A stretch of 14,577 nt of DNA, from IMG/VR virus record IMGVR_UViG_3300024346_001088; one strand, written 5' to 3'. The notes beneath the pieces are model-generated. The model ran no database searches and was not told the origin of the DNA. It worked only from the letters and a program-made list of their open reading frames with translations. Numbering within the stretch: the first letter of the stretch is position 1; every line of letters begins with the position of its first letter. This stretch comes from a virus. Below are positions 6,727-13,969 of the stretch, piece after piece. The translations under genes were made by a program, and so were the position numbers.

Positions 6727-8042
6727 TGGCAATCAATATCCCGATCATTAGCGAGTTTGACGGCACAGGGGTAAAGAAGGCTGTCAAGCAATTCCAGCAA
6801 CTTGAGACCGTCGGCGAGAAGGCACAGTTTGCGATTAAGAAGGCGGCGATTCCTGCAGCTGCCGCGCTCGGCGGTTTGGCTGTTGCCTTGGGCGATGCCA
6901 CACGCGCTGCAATGGAAGACCAGCAAGAGCAGGCCGCGCTTGCGCTCACCTTGCAGAATGTGACGGGCGCTGGCGCTGCACAGACCGCTCAGGTTGAGAA
7001 GCAGATCAGCGCTATGAGTCGAGCGTCTGGTGTTGCTGATACCGAATATCGCAAAGCGTTAGAAGCGCTTGTTCGCGGTACCAAAGATGTTGGCATTGCC
7101 ATGAACGACATGAACCTTGTCATGGACATCAGCACAGCCACCGGCACAGATTCGGCCACGGTTGCTGATGCGCTTGCCAATGCAGACCATGGCAACTTTA
7201 AGGCGCTCCGATCATTAAGCCCAGAAATGTCAACCATGATTAAAGAAGGCGCAAGCCTCAACGAAATCATGGACGTGCTTGGTGGAACATTTGGCGGCGC
7301 TACGGCAAAGAACGCTGAAACCGCTGCAGGGAAAATGGCAATCCTTAAGAACTCCATTGGCGAAACAAAAGAGTCAATCGGTGCAGCGCTGTTGCCCGTG
7401 CTTGAAGCCGTCCTGCCTGTGCTCAACAAGTTTGCCGCATGGGCTCAAGACAACCCACAAGCATTCTTGGCTATCGCTGGCGCTATCGGTCTAGTCGCAG
7501 CTGCAATCGTCGCCACAAACATTGCCATGGCCATGAACCCATTTACCCTGATCGCTGCAGGCGTCGCGCTACTGGTCGCCGCGCTAGTCGTCGCATACAA
7601 CAAGTTTGACTGGTTTAAGACTGGCGTTAACGCAATCATCAACGGCATCCTCGGCGCATTCGAGTCGGTAGTCAACGGTGCAATCATGATGGTTAACGGC
7701 ATTATTCGCGCCTACAACGCCATTCCAATTGCGCCAGACATCAACACCATTGCCCACGTCAACCTGCCAAGGATTGGCGGAGATTCGGCTACACAAGCCG
7801 CAAGTCGCATGAACTTACCGCGCATGGCCGAAGGTGGAATTGTCAGCTCCCCTACTCTTGCGTTAATCGGCGAAGCAGGCCCAGAAGCCGTGGTGCCATT
7901 AGACCGCATGAATACTGGCGGGGGAGTGACCATAAACGTCACAGGCGGCCTTGCTACCAGCGCCGAAATCGGTGAATCGGTCGTTAACGCTTTGCGCGCC
8001 TATTCCCGTTCCGCTGGGCCGTTGCAGTTACAGGTGGCGTAA
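6726..8042 (+). CDS. Tape measure protein
   Basis: 438 aa, Ala-rich and helical. Central hydrophobic block AFLAIAGAIGLVAAAIVATNIAMAMNPFTLIAAGVALLVAALVVAY. C-terminal GGIVSSPTLALIGEAGPEAVVPL motif is common in tape measure proteins. TAATG overlaps at both ends. Confidence 0.85.
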   Translation: MAINIPIISEFDGTGVKKAVKQFQQLETVGEKAQFAIKKAAIPAAAALGGLAVALGDATRAAMEDQQEQAALALTLQNVTGAGAAQTAQVEKQISAMSRASGVADTEYRKALEALVRGTKDVGIAMNDMNLVMDISTATGTDSATVADALANADHGNFKALRSLSPEMSTMIKEGASLNEIMDVLGGTFGGATAKNAETAAGKMAILKNSIGETKESIGAALLPVLEAVLPVLNKFAAWAQDNPQAFLAIAGAIGLVAAAIVATNIAMAMNPFTLIAAGVALLVAALVVAYNKFDWFKTGVNAIINGILGAFESVVNGAIMMVNGIIRAYNAIPIAPDINTIAHVNLPRIGGDSATQAASRMNLPRMAEGGIVSSPTLALIGEAGPEAVVPLDRMNTGGGVTINVTGGLATSAEIGESVVNALRAYSRSAGPLQLQVA

Positions 8043-9331
8043 TGCCGGGCACAGCTGTTGTTGATTCAGGTAATTATGACTTGCAGATCGCCACAGGGTT
8101 TTTGCAAGATTCGTTTATTCTTGACGATGCTGTAAAAGGCGTACTTAATAACACCGAATACGTGCTGGACGGCACCACCGAGTTTGCCGATGTGATGGAC
8201 TCGGTAACAAACGTCAATGTGCGGCGCGGTCGCCGTGACGTGGGCGATCAGTTCAGCGCTGGCACAATGACATTCACCATTCAAGACGTGGACGGCATTT
8301 TTAACCCGTTTGATGAAAACAGCCCGTATTACGACACCGCCGAATCAAAACCTGGGCTTGCCCCATTGCGCGAAGTGCGACTAATCCGATACAGCTCAAC
8401 CGATGTGCCAGAGTCAATCTTTTCTGGGTATGTCGTCAATTTTGACTACAATTTCGGGCTTGGAACTTTAGACACGGTTACCGTGTATTGCGCTGACCAG
8501 TTTTACCTGCTCGCGCAAACCTATCTAAACGCTCTAAACGTCACGCCAGAAACATCAGGTGAACGCATAGAAACCATTCTTGATTTGCCAGAAGTTGATT
8601 TCCCAGCAGGCTCTCGAGACATCTCCACAGGCACCGTAAACCTTGGCCATGACAGCGCATACAACATTCCGGCAGGAACAAACGTGCTGCAATACATAAC
8701 GCAGATTAATGAAACTGCCGAGTTTGGGCGTGTGTTTATGTCGAGGGCTGGCGTGTTTACGTTTCAAGATCGCATTGGCGTCACGTTGAGTGCGCCTGTT
8801 GCAGAGTTTAAGGATGACGGTACGGGCTACAAGTTTGATGGCGTGGGCATTTCGTTTGAGGCTGACTCCGTAATTAACAGATCGGTTGTCACAGGTTTAG
8901 ACGGTGACACTTACACAGCAACTGACTCAACTTCAATTGCCACATATTTCATTCAAACGTCAAGCATCACAAACAGCCTGTTACACGACGCAGGCGAGAT
9001 TCAGACCGCAGCAGAATACCTGCTAAACCCAGAACCCGAAGCCCGTTACACATCCGTGGCAACAAAATATCTCATGCTGACTACAGCCCAAAAAGACACC
9101 CTGGCAACCTTAGACATTGGCGACACAATCAGCGTAGAAAAGACGTTTCCTAGCGGTGCCGGCACTACCCAGTTGGCGCAAGAGCTATCAGTTGAGGGCA
9201 TTGAGCATCGTCTGGATTTCAGCACAGGTCATAGTGTTCTTTACAGCACCGCGCCAACCACAATTGTGTTTGAGCTAATTCTTGACGACGCGGTGTATGG
9301 CACACTCGATACCCAAAATGTTTTAGGATAA
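8042..9331 (+). CDS. Minor tail protein, distal tail (Dit)-like
   Basis: 429 aa, immediately after the tape measure. The N-terminal pattern (FILDDAVKGVLN..VNVRRGRRDVGDQFSAGTMTFTIQDVDGIFNPFD..LREVRLI) is typical of siphovirus distal tail proteins. Confidence 0.55.
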   Translation: MPGTAVVDSGNYDLQIATGFLQDSFILDDAVKGVLNNTEYVLDGTTEFADVMDSVTNVNVRRGRRDVGDQFSAGTMTFTIQDVDGIFNPFDENSPYYDTAESKPGLAPLREVRLIRYSSTDVPESIFSGYVVNFDYNFGLGTLDTVTVYCADQFYLLAQTYLNALNVTPETSGERIETILDLPEVDFPAGSRDISTGTVNLGHDSAYNIPAGTNVLQYITQINETAEFGRVFMSRAGVFTFQDRIGVTLSAPVAEFKDDGTGYKFDGVGISFEADSVINRSVVTGLDGDTYTATDSTSIATYFIQTSSITNSLLHDAGEIQTAAEYLLNPEPEARYTSVATKYLMLTTAQKDTLATLDIGDTISVEKTFPSGAGTTQLAQELSVEGIEHRLDFSTGHSVLYSTAPTTIVFELILDDAVYGTLDTQNVLG

Positions 9332-9340
9332 GGAGCACTT

Positions 9341-9859
9341 ATGGCTACACCAACCACACTTCCAGCAACCTTCGTTGCCGGCAATGTTTTGACCGCTGCA
9401 CAGATGAACAACCTGCGTGGCGCGTTTCGTGTTTTGCAAATTGTGCAAGCAACCAAAGCAAATACGTTCAGTACGACCAGTTCAACCTATGTTGACGTAA
9501 CCGACCTAAGCGTGACGATTACACCATCGGCTACAAGTAGCACAATTTTGGTTTTTATGTCCGTACAAACCGCAGCAACAACTGGTGACGCAGTAGTCAG
9601 AGTTGTGCGCGGCGCAACCGCAATTGCAGTTGGTACAGGTGGCTCTGGTTATAACGGAACAGGCATGGCATCGTCTAGTTACCCAAACGCAATGTTTACG
9701 GTTGGAACGACATTCAACGACAGTCCAGCGACAACATCAGCAACAACGTACAAGGTACAAATGCAAGCAAACAGCGGTACAGCAGTTGTAAACCGTCGAG
9801 GTTTTGATACGGCATACGGCGGATTTAGTTCCATTACTGTTATGGAGATAAGCGCATGA
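9341..9859 (+). CDS. Minor tail protein / candidate receptor-binding protein
   Basis: 172 aa with SD AGGAG at 9331-9335. The N-terminal FVAGNVLTAAQMNNLRG motif recalls tail-fibre N-termini. The remainder is a Thr/Ser/Ala/Gly-rich beta-type domain. Confidence 0.5.
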   Translation: MATPTTLPATFVAGNVLTAAQMNNLRGAFRVLQIVQATKANTFSTTSSTYVDVTDLSVTITPSATSSTILVFMSVQTAATTGDAVVRVVRGATAIAVGTGGSGYNGTGMASSSYPNAMFTVGTTFNDSPATTSATTYKVQMQANSGTAVVNRRGFDTAYGGFSSITVMEISA

Positions 9860-10179
9860 TTGATTACGCACTAATACTCAATGCCAATTATCCCGGCACA
9901 CAATGGTCGCTTGACGGCGAAACTTATGACGGTCTTACATGGTTAGACGAAACACCTAAACCATCGCAAGCCGAACTAGACGCTGCATGGCCTCAAGTTG
10001 ATTACAACAATCAAATTGCTGCCGTAGAAACTACCCGTCGCATACAATACGAAGCTCAATCAGACGGACTTTTCTTTGAATGGCAACGAGGAACAAACAC
10101 CAAAGAAGCATGGGAAGCAGCAGTTCAAGCAATCAAAGACGCAAACCCATACCCACCTGCACCAACTAAGAAAAAGTAG
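9856..10179 (+). CDS. XkdW-like small tail-associated protein (hypothetical)
   Basis: 107 aa with an ATGA overlap. The pattern WSLDGETYDGLTWLDETPKPSQAELDAAW resembles XkdW-type proteins, which are encoded next to tail-fibre genes. Confidence 0.35.
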   Translation: MIDYALILNANYPGTQWSLDGETYDGLTWLDETPKPSQAELDAAWPQVDYNNQIAAVETTRRIQYEAQSDGLFFEWQRGTNTKEAWEAAVQAIKDANPYPPAPTKKK

Positions 10180-10340
10180 TGCGCTGGCGTTACCTCATTG
10201 GCTACGGCGCGCTAATTGCAGTCGTTTTGTGGGGATGTTCTGGTTGCGCTGACCGTGAGCGAGTAAATTGCCAACGCGCAGGATCTAAAGCAGTAACCAT
10301 GACAAGCGACATACAGATCCGGACGGGACGCTGTGCCTAA
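10179..10340 (+). CDS. Small membrane or lipoprotein-like protein (53 aa; absent from the ORF track)
   Basis: The GTG start overlaps the upstream stop (TAGTG) and the 3' end overlaps the next gene by 8 nt. Translation: MRWRYLIGYGALIAVVLWGCSGCADRERVNCQRAGSKAVTMTSDIQIRTGRCA, i.e. a basic N-terminus, a hydrophobic helix and an L-W-G-C lipobox-like site. Confidence 0.4.
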   Translation: MRWRYLIGYGALIAVVLWGCSGCADRERVNCQRAGSKAVTMTSDIQIRTGRCA

Positions 10341-10596
10341 ATACACAAACGATGAAATCAAAGCGCGCCTAATCCTTATCGTGGGCATTGGTCTAACGCT
10401 CGCATTTGTTGGCTCAATCTTTACGTTGCTTTACGGCCTGCTGTTCGTTACCCAGCCACTCGAGCAAGCCCCAAACGATGCAGAAGCATTTTCGGTGCTC
10501 AACCCAATGCTGATGACACTCTCTGGCGGTCTAATAGGCTTACTTGCATCCAACGGACTGAAAAACAAAACGAAAGGCAAAGACGATGAAGACTAA
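10333..10596 (+). CDS. Holin-like membrane protein (two hydrophobic segments, charged C-terminus)
   Basis: 87 aa. Hydrophobic segments LILIVGIGLTLAFVGSIFTLLYGLLFV and LNPMLMTLSGGLIGLLAS. C-terminal tail KNKTKGKDDED. Lies upstream of the endolysin. Confidence 0.5.
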   Translation: MPKYTNDEIKARLILIVGIGLTLAFVGSIFTLLYGLLFVTQPLEQAPNDAEAFSVLNPMLMTLSGGLIGLLASNGLKNKTKGKDDED

Positions 10597-10780
10597 AGAC
10601 AAAGCCCTATTAGCGTCCTACGGTCGCTCAATTCTCGCAGCCGTTATCGCCGTCTATTCAACTGGCAACACCGACCCAGCCGACCTAGGCAAAGCCGCAT
10701 TAGCCGCGCTAGTGCCAGTTCTTATTCGATACGTGAACCCTAAAGATTTGGCGTTCGGTCGTGGCAACAGCCAAAACTAA
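10586..10780 (+). CDS. Holin (r1t-like pattern)
   Basis: 64 aa with two amphipathic/hydrophobic helices (SILAAVIAVYS and AALAALVPVLIRY). Directly precedes and overlaps the endolysin gene. Confidence 0.55.
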   Translation: MKTKDKALLASYGRSILAAVIAVYSTGNTDPADLGKAALAALVPVLIRYVNPKDLAFGRGNSQN

Positions 10781-11282
10781 CCCCAACGCAAGGCCATACA
10801 CAGGCAACAGCGACGGCGCATCCGCTGGCCCCCGTGCCGGCATGAACGAATGGATAAAGCAAGCGCTCGTTTTATCTAATGGCGCGCTTTGGAATAACGG
10901 GTCTTGGGGTGTGCGAGACATGCGCGGTAGCGCTGGAACATTGTCTGTTCATGCCACGGGCAGAGCTGTTGACTTGTCTTATCGCAAATCAGAGCGACAT
11001 GAAAACGCCAGTCGTAAAGGCGCGTTGGAATTTATTGACATTGTGGTGGCTAATGCAAACACGCTTGGCGTGGAGTGCGTCCTCGACTATTTTCCTGCAC
11101 CGTATGGTCGCGCATGGCGATGTGACAGACAGGCTTGGAAGAAATACAGCAAGCCAACAATTCACGGCGCACCAGGTGGCGACTGGTTCCATATTGAGAT
11201 CACGCCACAGGCCGCCGATTCGGTGATCTTTGTTAAAGCCGCATTTTTAAAGGTGTTCGGGGAAATCCCACCTAAAGCTTGA
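10761..11282 (+). CDS. Endolysin, LAS-superfamily zinc peptidase (M15 / VanY-like)
   Basis: SVHATGRAVDL (S-x-H-x2-G-x-A-x-D) and DWFHIE (metal-ligand His) motifs. No signal peptide. The start is uncertain: GTG 10761 overlaps the holin by 20 nt, and ATG 10842 is the alternative. Confidence 0.8.
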   Translation: MATAKTNPNARPYTGNSDGASAGPRAGMNEWIKQALVLSNGALWNNGSWGVRDMRGSAGTLSVHATGRAVDLSYRKSERHENASRKGALEFIDIVVANANTLGVECVLDYFPAPYGRAWRCDRQAWKKYSKPTIHGAPGGDWFHIEITPQAADSVIFVKAAFLKVFGEIPPKA

Positions 11283-11322
11283 TCTATGTTCTAGGGTCGG
11301 AGTACCGACAAAAGGACAGGCA

Positions 11323-11499
11323 ATGACTGAACCGCAGATCGTTGATTACAGCGTCTATACAGGAGTGATGGACAACGGCCAAGAAATCTTGGTGCAGATA
11401 TTTACCAGCCCAGAGTCGGGCAAGTTCCTACTGGGACAAATCGCATTCAGAACGGCAACCTCATCATGGGGTCAGCCCATACCTTTGGAGAAACGATGA
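11323..11499 (+). CDS. Hypothetical 58-aa protein, translationally coupled to the transglycosylase gene (absent from the ORF track)
   Basis: ATG 11323 with AAGGA at 11312-11316. Translation: MTEPQIVDYSVYTGVMDNGQEILVQIFTSPESGKFLLGQIAFRTATSSWGQPIPLEKR. Its stop forms an ATGA overlap with ATG 11496. Confidence 0.5.
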   Translation: MTEPQIVDYSVYTGVMDNGQEILVQIFTSPESGKFLLGQIAFRTATSSWGQPIPLEKR

Positions 11500-11999
11500 A
11501 CTACTTTGCAGAAAAAATCATAGGGCTAGTACTTTGTACCGTCTTCGGCTTTACGGTCGCTGTAGGCGCTCCTGATGCGTCTGGTAGCCCGTCTGGGACT
11601 ATTGCCCTAGCGCCATATTTGCTAGAACCAAGCACTACCACGTCGAGCACGTCGTCCACGATTTACATTGACCCTTACACGTCAGCTTGTCAACAGTTCA
11701 GCGCGCTTGCTGTAAACCTCGGTTGGCCTGCCGATCAGCGCACCGTGCTCGAATCAATCATGCAACGCGAATCCAACTGCACACCAAACGCATTCAACAG
11801 CAAAGACCCAAACGGTGGCAGTCGCGGGCTAATGCAGATCAATGGATTTTGGACACCCTGGTTAACCGAGCGCGGCATCATCAGCCAGGTGGATGATCTG
11901 TTACAGGCTCAAACTAATCTGCTTGCAGCATTAGCAATTTACAACTACGGGGTCGAGCGTCACGGTTACGGCTGGGGCCCATGGAGCGCAACAAAATGA
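11496..11999 (+). CDS. Secreted or membrane-anchored lytic transglycosylase (SLT domain)
   Basis: All three family-1 SLT motifs are present: QRES (catalytic Glu-Ser), GLMQI and AIYNYG. The N-terminus MNYFAEKIIGLVLCTVFGFTVAVGA-PD looks like a Sec signal peptide or signal anchor. ATG 11496 is preferred to the ORF-track start at 11466 because of the ATGA coupling. Confidence 0.8.
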   Translation: MNYFAEKIIGLVLCTVFGFTVAVGAPDASGSPSGTIALAPYLLEPSTTTSSTSSTIYIDPYTSACQQFSALAVNLGWPADQRTVLESIMQRESNCTPNAFNSKDPNGGSRGLMQINGFWTPWLTERGIISQVDDLLQAQTNLLAALAIYNYGVERHGYGWGPWSATK

Positions 12000-12259
12000 G
12001 CGAAGGCGTGTCATACAACCAAGGCGAATTAACAGAAGAAACACGCAAAATGGTGTTGGAATCGTCAGCAATGGCAAACCACACCATGGCGATGTTTGGG
12101 CTTATTGACGACATCATGGCAATCAGCAAAAACCCACACGCAAGCATCATCCAGCGTTTAAAAACTATGAAGAACCAATTGTCACTAGAAGACCCTATGC
12201 CACTCTACGATGTGACTACACTTGACCTAGCAATAAAAGCATTACAAGCACATTCCTAA
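11996..12259 (+). CDS. Hypothetical protein (87 aa)
   Basis: ATGA overlap with the SLT gene stop, so ATG 11996 is preferred to the track start at 11981. Helical and Met-rich, with no recognisable motif. Confidence 0.6.
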   Translation: MSEGVSYNQGELTEETRKMVLESSAMANHTMAMFGLIDDIMAISKNPHASIIQRLKTMKNQLSLEDPMPLYDVTTLDLAIKALQAHS

Positions 12260-12283
12260 ACCGACTAAAAGGAGATTCCGACC

Positions 12284-12532
12284 ATGGGTAGATCATTAAA
12301 CGGCGTTAACGCAATTGAAGAAGCAGAACGTCAAACACCAATAGAGATACTTAATTCCGAAAAAATAACTTTGACCGTTGTTGAAGTTGCAAAAGTGTTA
12401 AATGTTTCTAAAGGAACAATTTACAAAAACATTCGAGAAACTGGCTTTGCTGCAGAAGGTTTGCCAGCAATTCAAGTTTGTGGCTCGTATCGTGTATCAG
12501 CATTCTTGCTTCGTAAATGGCTTGGTTTGTAA
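12284..12532 (+). CDS. Helix-turn-helix DNA-binding protein (MerR/excisionase-type HTH)
   Basis: LTVVEVAKVLNVSKGTIYKNIRETG ... YRVSAFLLRKWL is the classic Xis/MerR-like HTH pattern. Strong SD AAGGAG at 12269-12274. Markedly AT-rich. Confidence 0.75.
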   Translation: MGRSLNGVNAIEEAERQTPIEILNSEKITLTVVEVAKVLNVSKGTIYKNIRETGFAAEGLPAIQVCGSYRVSAFLLRKWLGL

Positions 12533-12924
12533 TGAAAACCTGCACGATTTGCAAAGGCTCAATCGCCTACCCAGAGATCACAGGCAAAACACACTTTGTT
12601 TGTGACGGCCGTGTACCGGCAAGAAAACCGTTTGCTGTTGGCATGGCATTATCGCAAGCAAGCGCAGACACTAAATGGACGCCAGAAGAACAACGCAAAG
12701 TTGATGCTGCAATTGTGCACGTTGCGCGCGCTAAAGGGTTCTTTACATCTGACGACATTTGGCAACACCTGGGCGACCAATTCCCCGTTACCAAGGGCAT
12801 CGCAGGACGGTTAAACGCAGCTGCGCGTCGTGGCATTATCCGCAACACAGGTGAACTGGCATACGCACAGCGCGGTGGCGCACATGACCATGCACAACGT
12901 CTAAGCGTTTGGGCAGGCATCTAA
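12532..12924 (+). CDS. Zinc-ribbon protein with a possible winged-helix C-terminal domain (hypothetical DNA-binding)
   Basis: TAATG overlap, so ATG 12532 is preferred to the track start at 12517. The N-terminus reads C-T-I-C ... H-F-V-C. The C-terminal segment FFTSDDIWQHLG..GIAGRLNAAARRGIIRNTGE resembles a wHTH recognition unit. Confidence 0.45.
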   Translation: MKTCTICKGSIAYPEITGKTHFVCDGRVPARKPFAVGMALSQASADTKWTPEEQRKVDAAIVHVARAKGFFTSDDIWQHLGDQFPVTKGIAGRLNAAARRGIIRNTGELAYAQRGGAHDHAQRLSVWAGI

Positions 12925-13469
12925 TGGGCTTTGACCTAAGCAACTACGAAACCGTAGAAACACGCCTAGCGCGATTCTGGGAGCAGTACCCAGACGGTCG
13001 CGTTGAAACAACGCTGATGAACTATGACGGCGATTCCTGCATTGTTCGCACAGTCGTTTGGAAACATCGAGACGATGCAAACCCAACCGCAACGGGATAC
13101 GCGCACGAAATACACACAGACCGCGGGGTCAATATGACCAGCTTCATCGAAAATTGTGAGACGTCCAGTTTGGGACGCTGTTTGAGCAACATGGGCTTGG
13201 CAAAACAAGGCGCTAGACCGTCGCGTGAAGAAATGCAAAAAGTCGAGCGTCTAGGCGGCGCACCGCAAGCAACTGGCAAAACGCACACACCCTCTGGCGC
13301 GTTTGCCACGCCTAAGCAGATTGGCTATATCAAGAAACTGGCTAAAGATGCCGGCATGGACGATCTTCGACTGTTGGAGTTAATCCAGCGCGAACTGAAC
13401 AGCGATGAAGCCGTGTTAGAGCTGTTGAAATCACATGAAGCAAGCAGAATCATTGAGGTACTGAAATGA
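12924..13469 (+). CDS. Possible Rad52-superfamily single-strand annealing / DNA-binding protein
   Basis: TAATG overlap, so ATG 12924 is preferred to the track start at 12909. The core motif NMTSFIENCETSSLGRCLSNMGLA resembles the conserved (E..eT.a.gRaL...Gi) helix of phage annealase-like proteins. The C-terminal helical domain is ATPKQIGYIKKLAKD...SHEASRIIEVLK. Confidence 0.35.
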   Translation: MGFDLSNYETVETRLARFWEQYPDGRVETTLMNYDGDSCIVRTVVWKHRDDANPTATGYAHEIHTDRGVNMTSFIENCETSSLGRCLSNMGLAKQGARPSREEMQKVERLGGAPQATGKTHTPSGAFATPKQIGYIKKLAKDAGMDDLRLLELIQRELNSDEAVLELLKSHEASRIIEVLK

Positions 13470-13612
13470 CACTAGAAGAATTGATTACAAACATCGAGCG
13501 CCTGCAGGCCGTGTATAACAGCATGGTTGACCCTGAACAGCACGAAGCAAGGCAATACGTGCGTTGGGCAATCAAGCACCTTGCAGACAAGACGTACATG
13601 GCTGCGCTGTAA
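13466..13612 (+). CDS. Hypothetical 48-aa helical protein (absent from the ORF track)
   Basis: ATGA overlap upstream and TAATG overlap downstream. Translation: MTLEELITNIERLQAVYNSMVDPEQHEARQYVRWAIKHLADKTYMAAL. Confidence 0.5.
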   Translation: MTLEELITNIERLQAVYNSMVDPEQHEARQYVRWAIKHLADKTYMAAL

Positions 13613-13956
13613 TGAAACTTGACCCAAAGATCAGCGAAGCCGACTTCAAGGATGTCGTGATTAGCATTGCCAAGCGTTACGGCTGGCTGATTCACCATGA
13701 TCTGCCGGCACAAAATAGTCGAGGGCGCTGGGCTACACATGTGCAGGGTGATGTGGGTTTTCCTGATTTGTTCATGGTGCACCCATTCCAAGGCGGTCGG
13801 CCGTTGGTCATTGAGTTGAAGGCAGAAAAGGGCAAGACAACACCTGGGCAAAAGGTTTGGTTGAAAGCGTGTGAGTTGGCTGGATGTCATGCAGCGGTAT
13901 GGAAACCAAGTGACATGGAGTACATTCTCTACACCTTGAGCAACCCAAGAATGTAA
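13612..13956 (+). CDS. VRR-NUC domain nuclease (PD-(D/E)xK fold)
   Basis: GFPDLFMV ... LVIELKAEKGKTTPGQKVWL ... AGCHAAVW matches the VRR-NUC D...ExK core followed by the Q..W motif. ATG 13612 is preferred to the track start at 13564 because of the TAATG coupling. Confidence 0.8.
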   Translation: MKLDPKISEADFKDVVISIAKRYGWLIHHDLPAQNSRGRWATHVQGDVGFPDLFMVHPFQGGRPLVIELKAEKGKTTPGQKVWLKACELAGCHAAVWKPSDMEYILYTLSNPRM

Positions 13957-13969
13957 ACAATCGGCTAGT
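13953..13969 (+). repeat. Imperfect direct repeat, copy A (GTAAACA-ATCGGCT-AGT)
   Basis: Matches 14083-14102 (GTAAACAtaATCGGCTtAGT) apart from two small insertions. In both copies the TAA is a stop codon. Confidence 0.6.

Noticed and set aside
6989-7942. Several minus-strand and alternative-frame ORFs (70-146 aa) inside the tape measure gene
   Set aside because: They are low-complexity Ala/Ser/Thr-rich mirror images of the Ala-rich tape measure coding sequence, an expected artefact of biased codon composition.
12284-12532. Excisionase, implying a temperate lifestyle
   Set aside because: The HTH fold class is shared with many regulators. No integrase, repressor or attP-like sequence is present anywhere in the closed genome.
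1522-13611. Upstream start codons used by the ORF track (1522, 11466, 11981, 12517, 12909, 13564)
   Set aside because: In each case a downstream ATG either forms an ATGA/TAATG overlap with the preceding stop or has a better SD (1555). The upstream extensions overlap the preceding gene by 15-48 nt and add non-conserved-looking residues.
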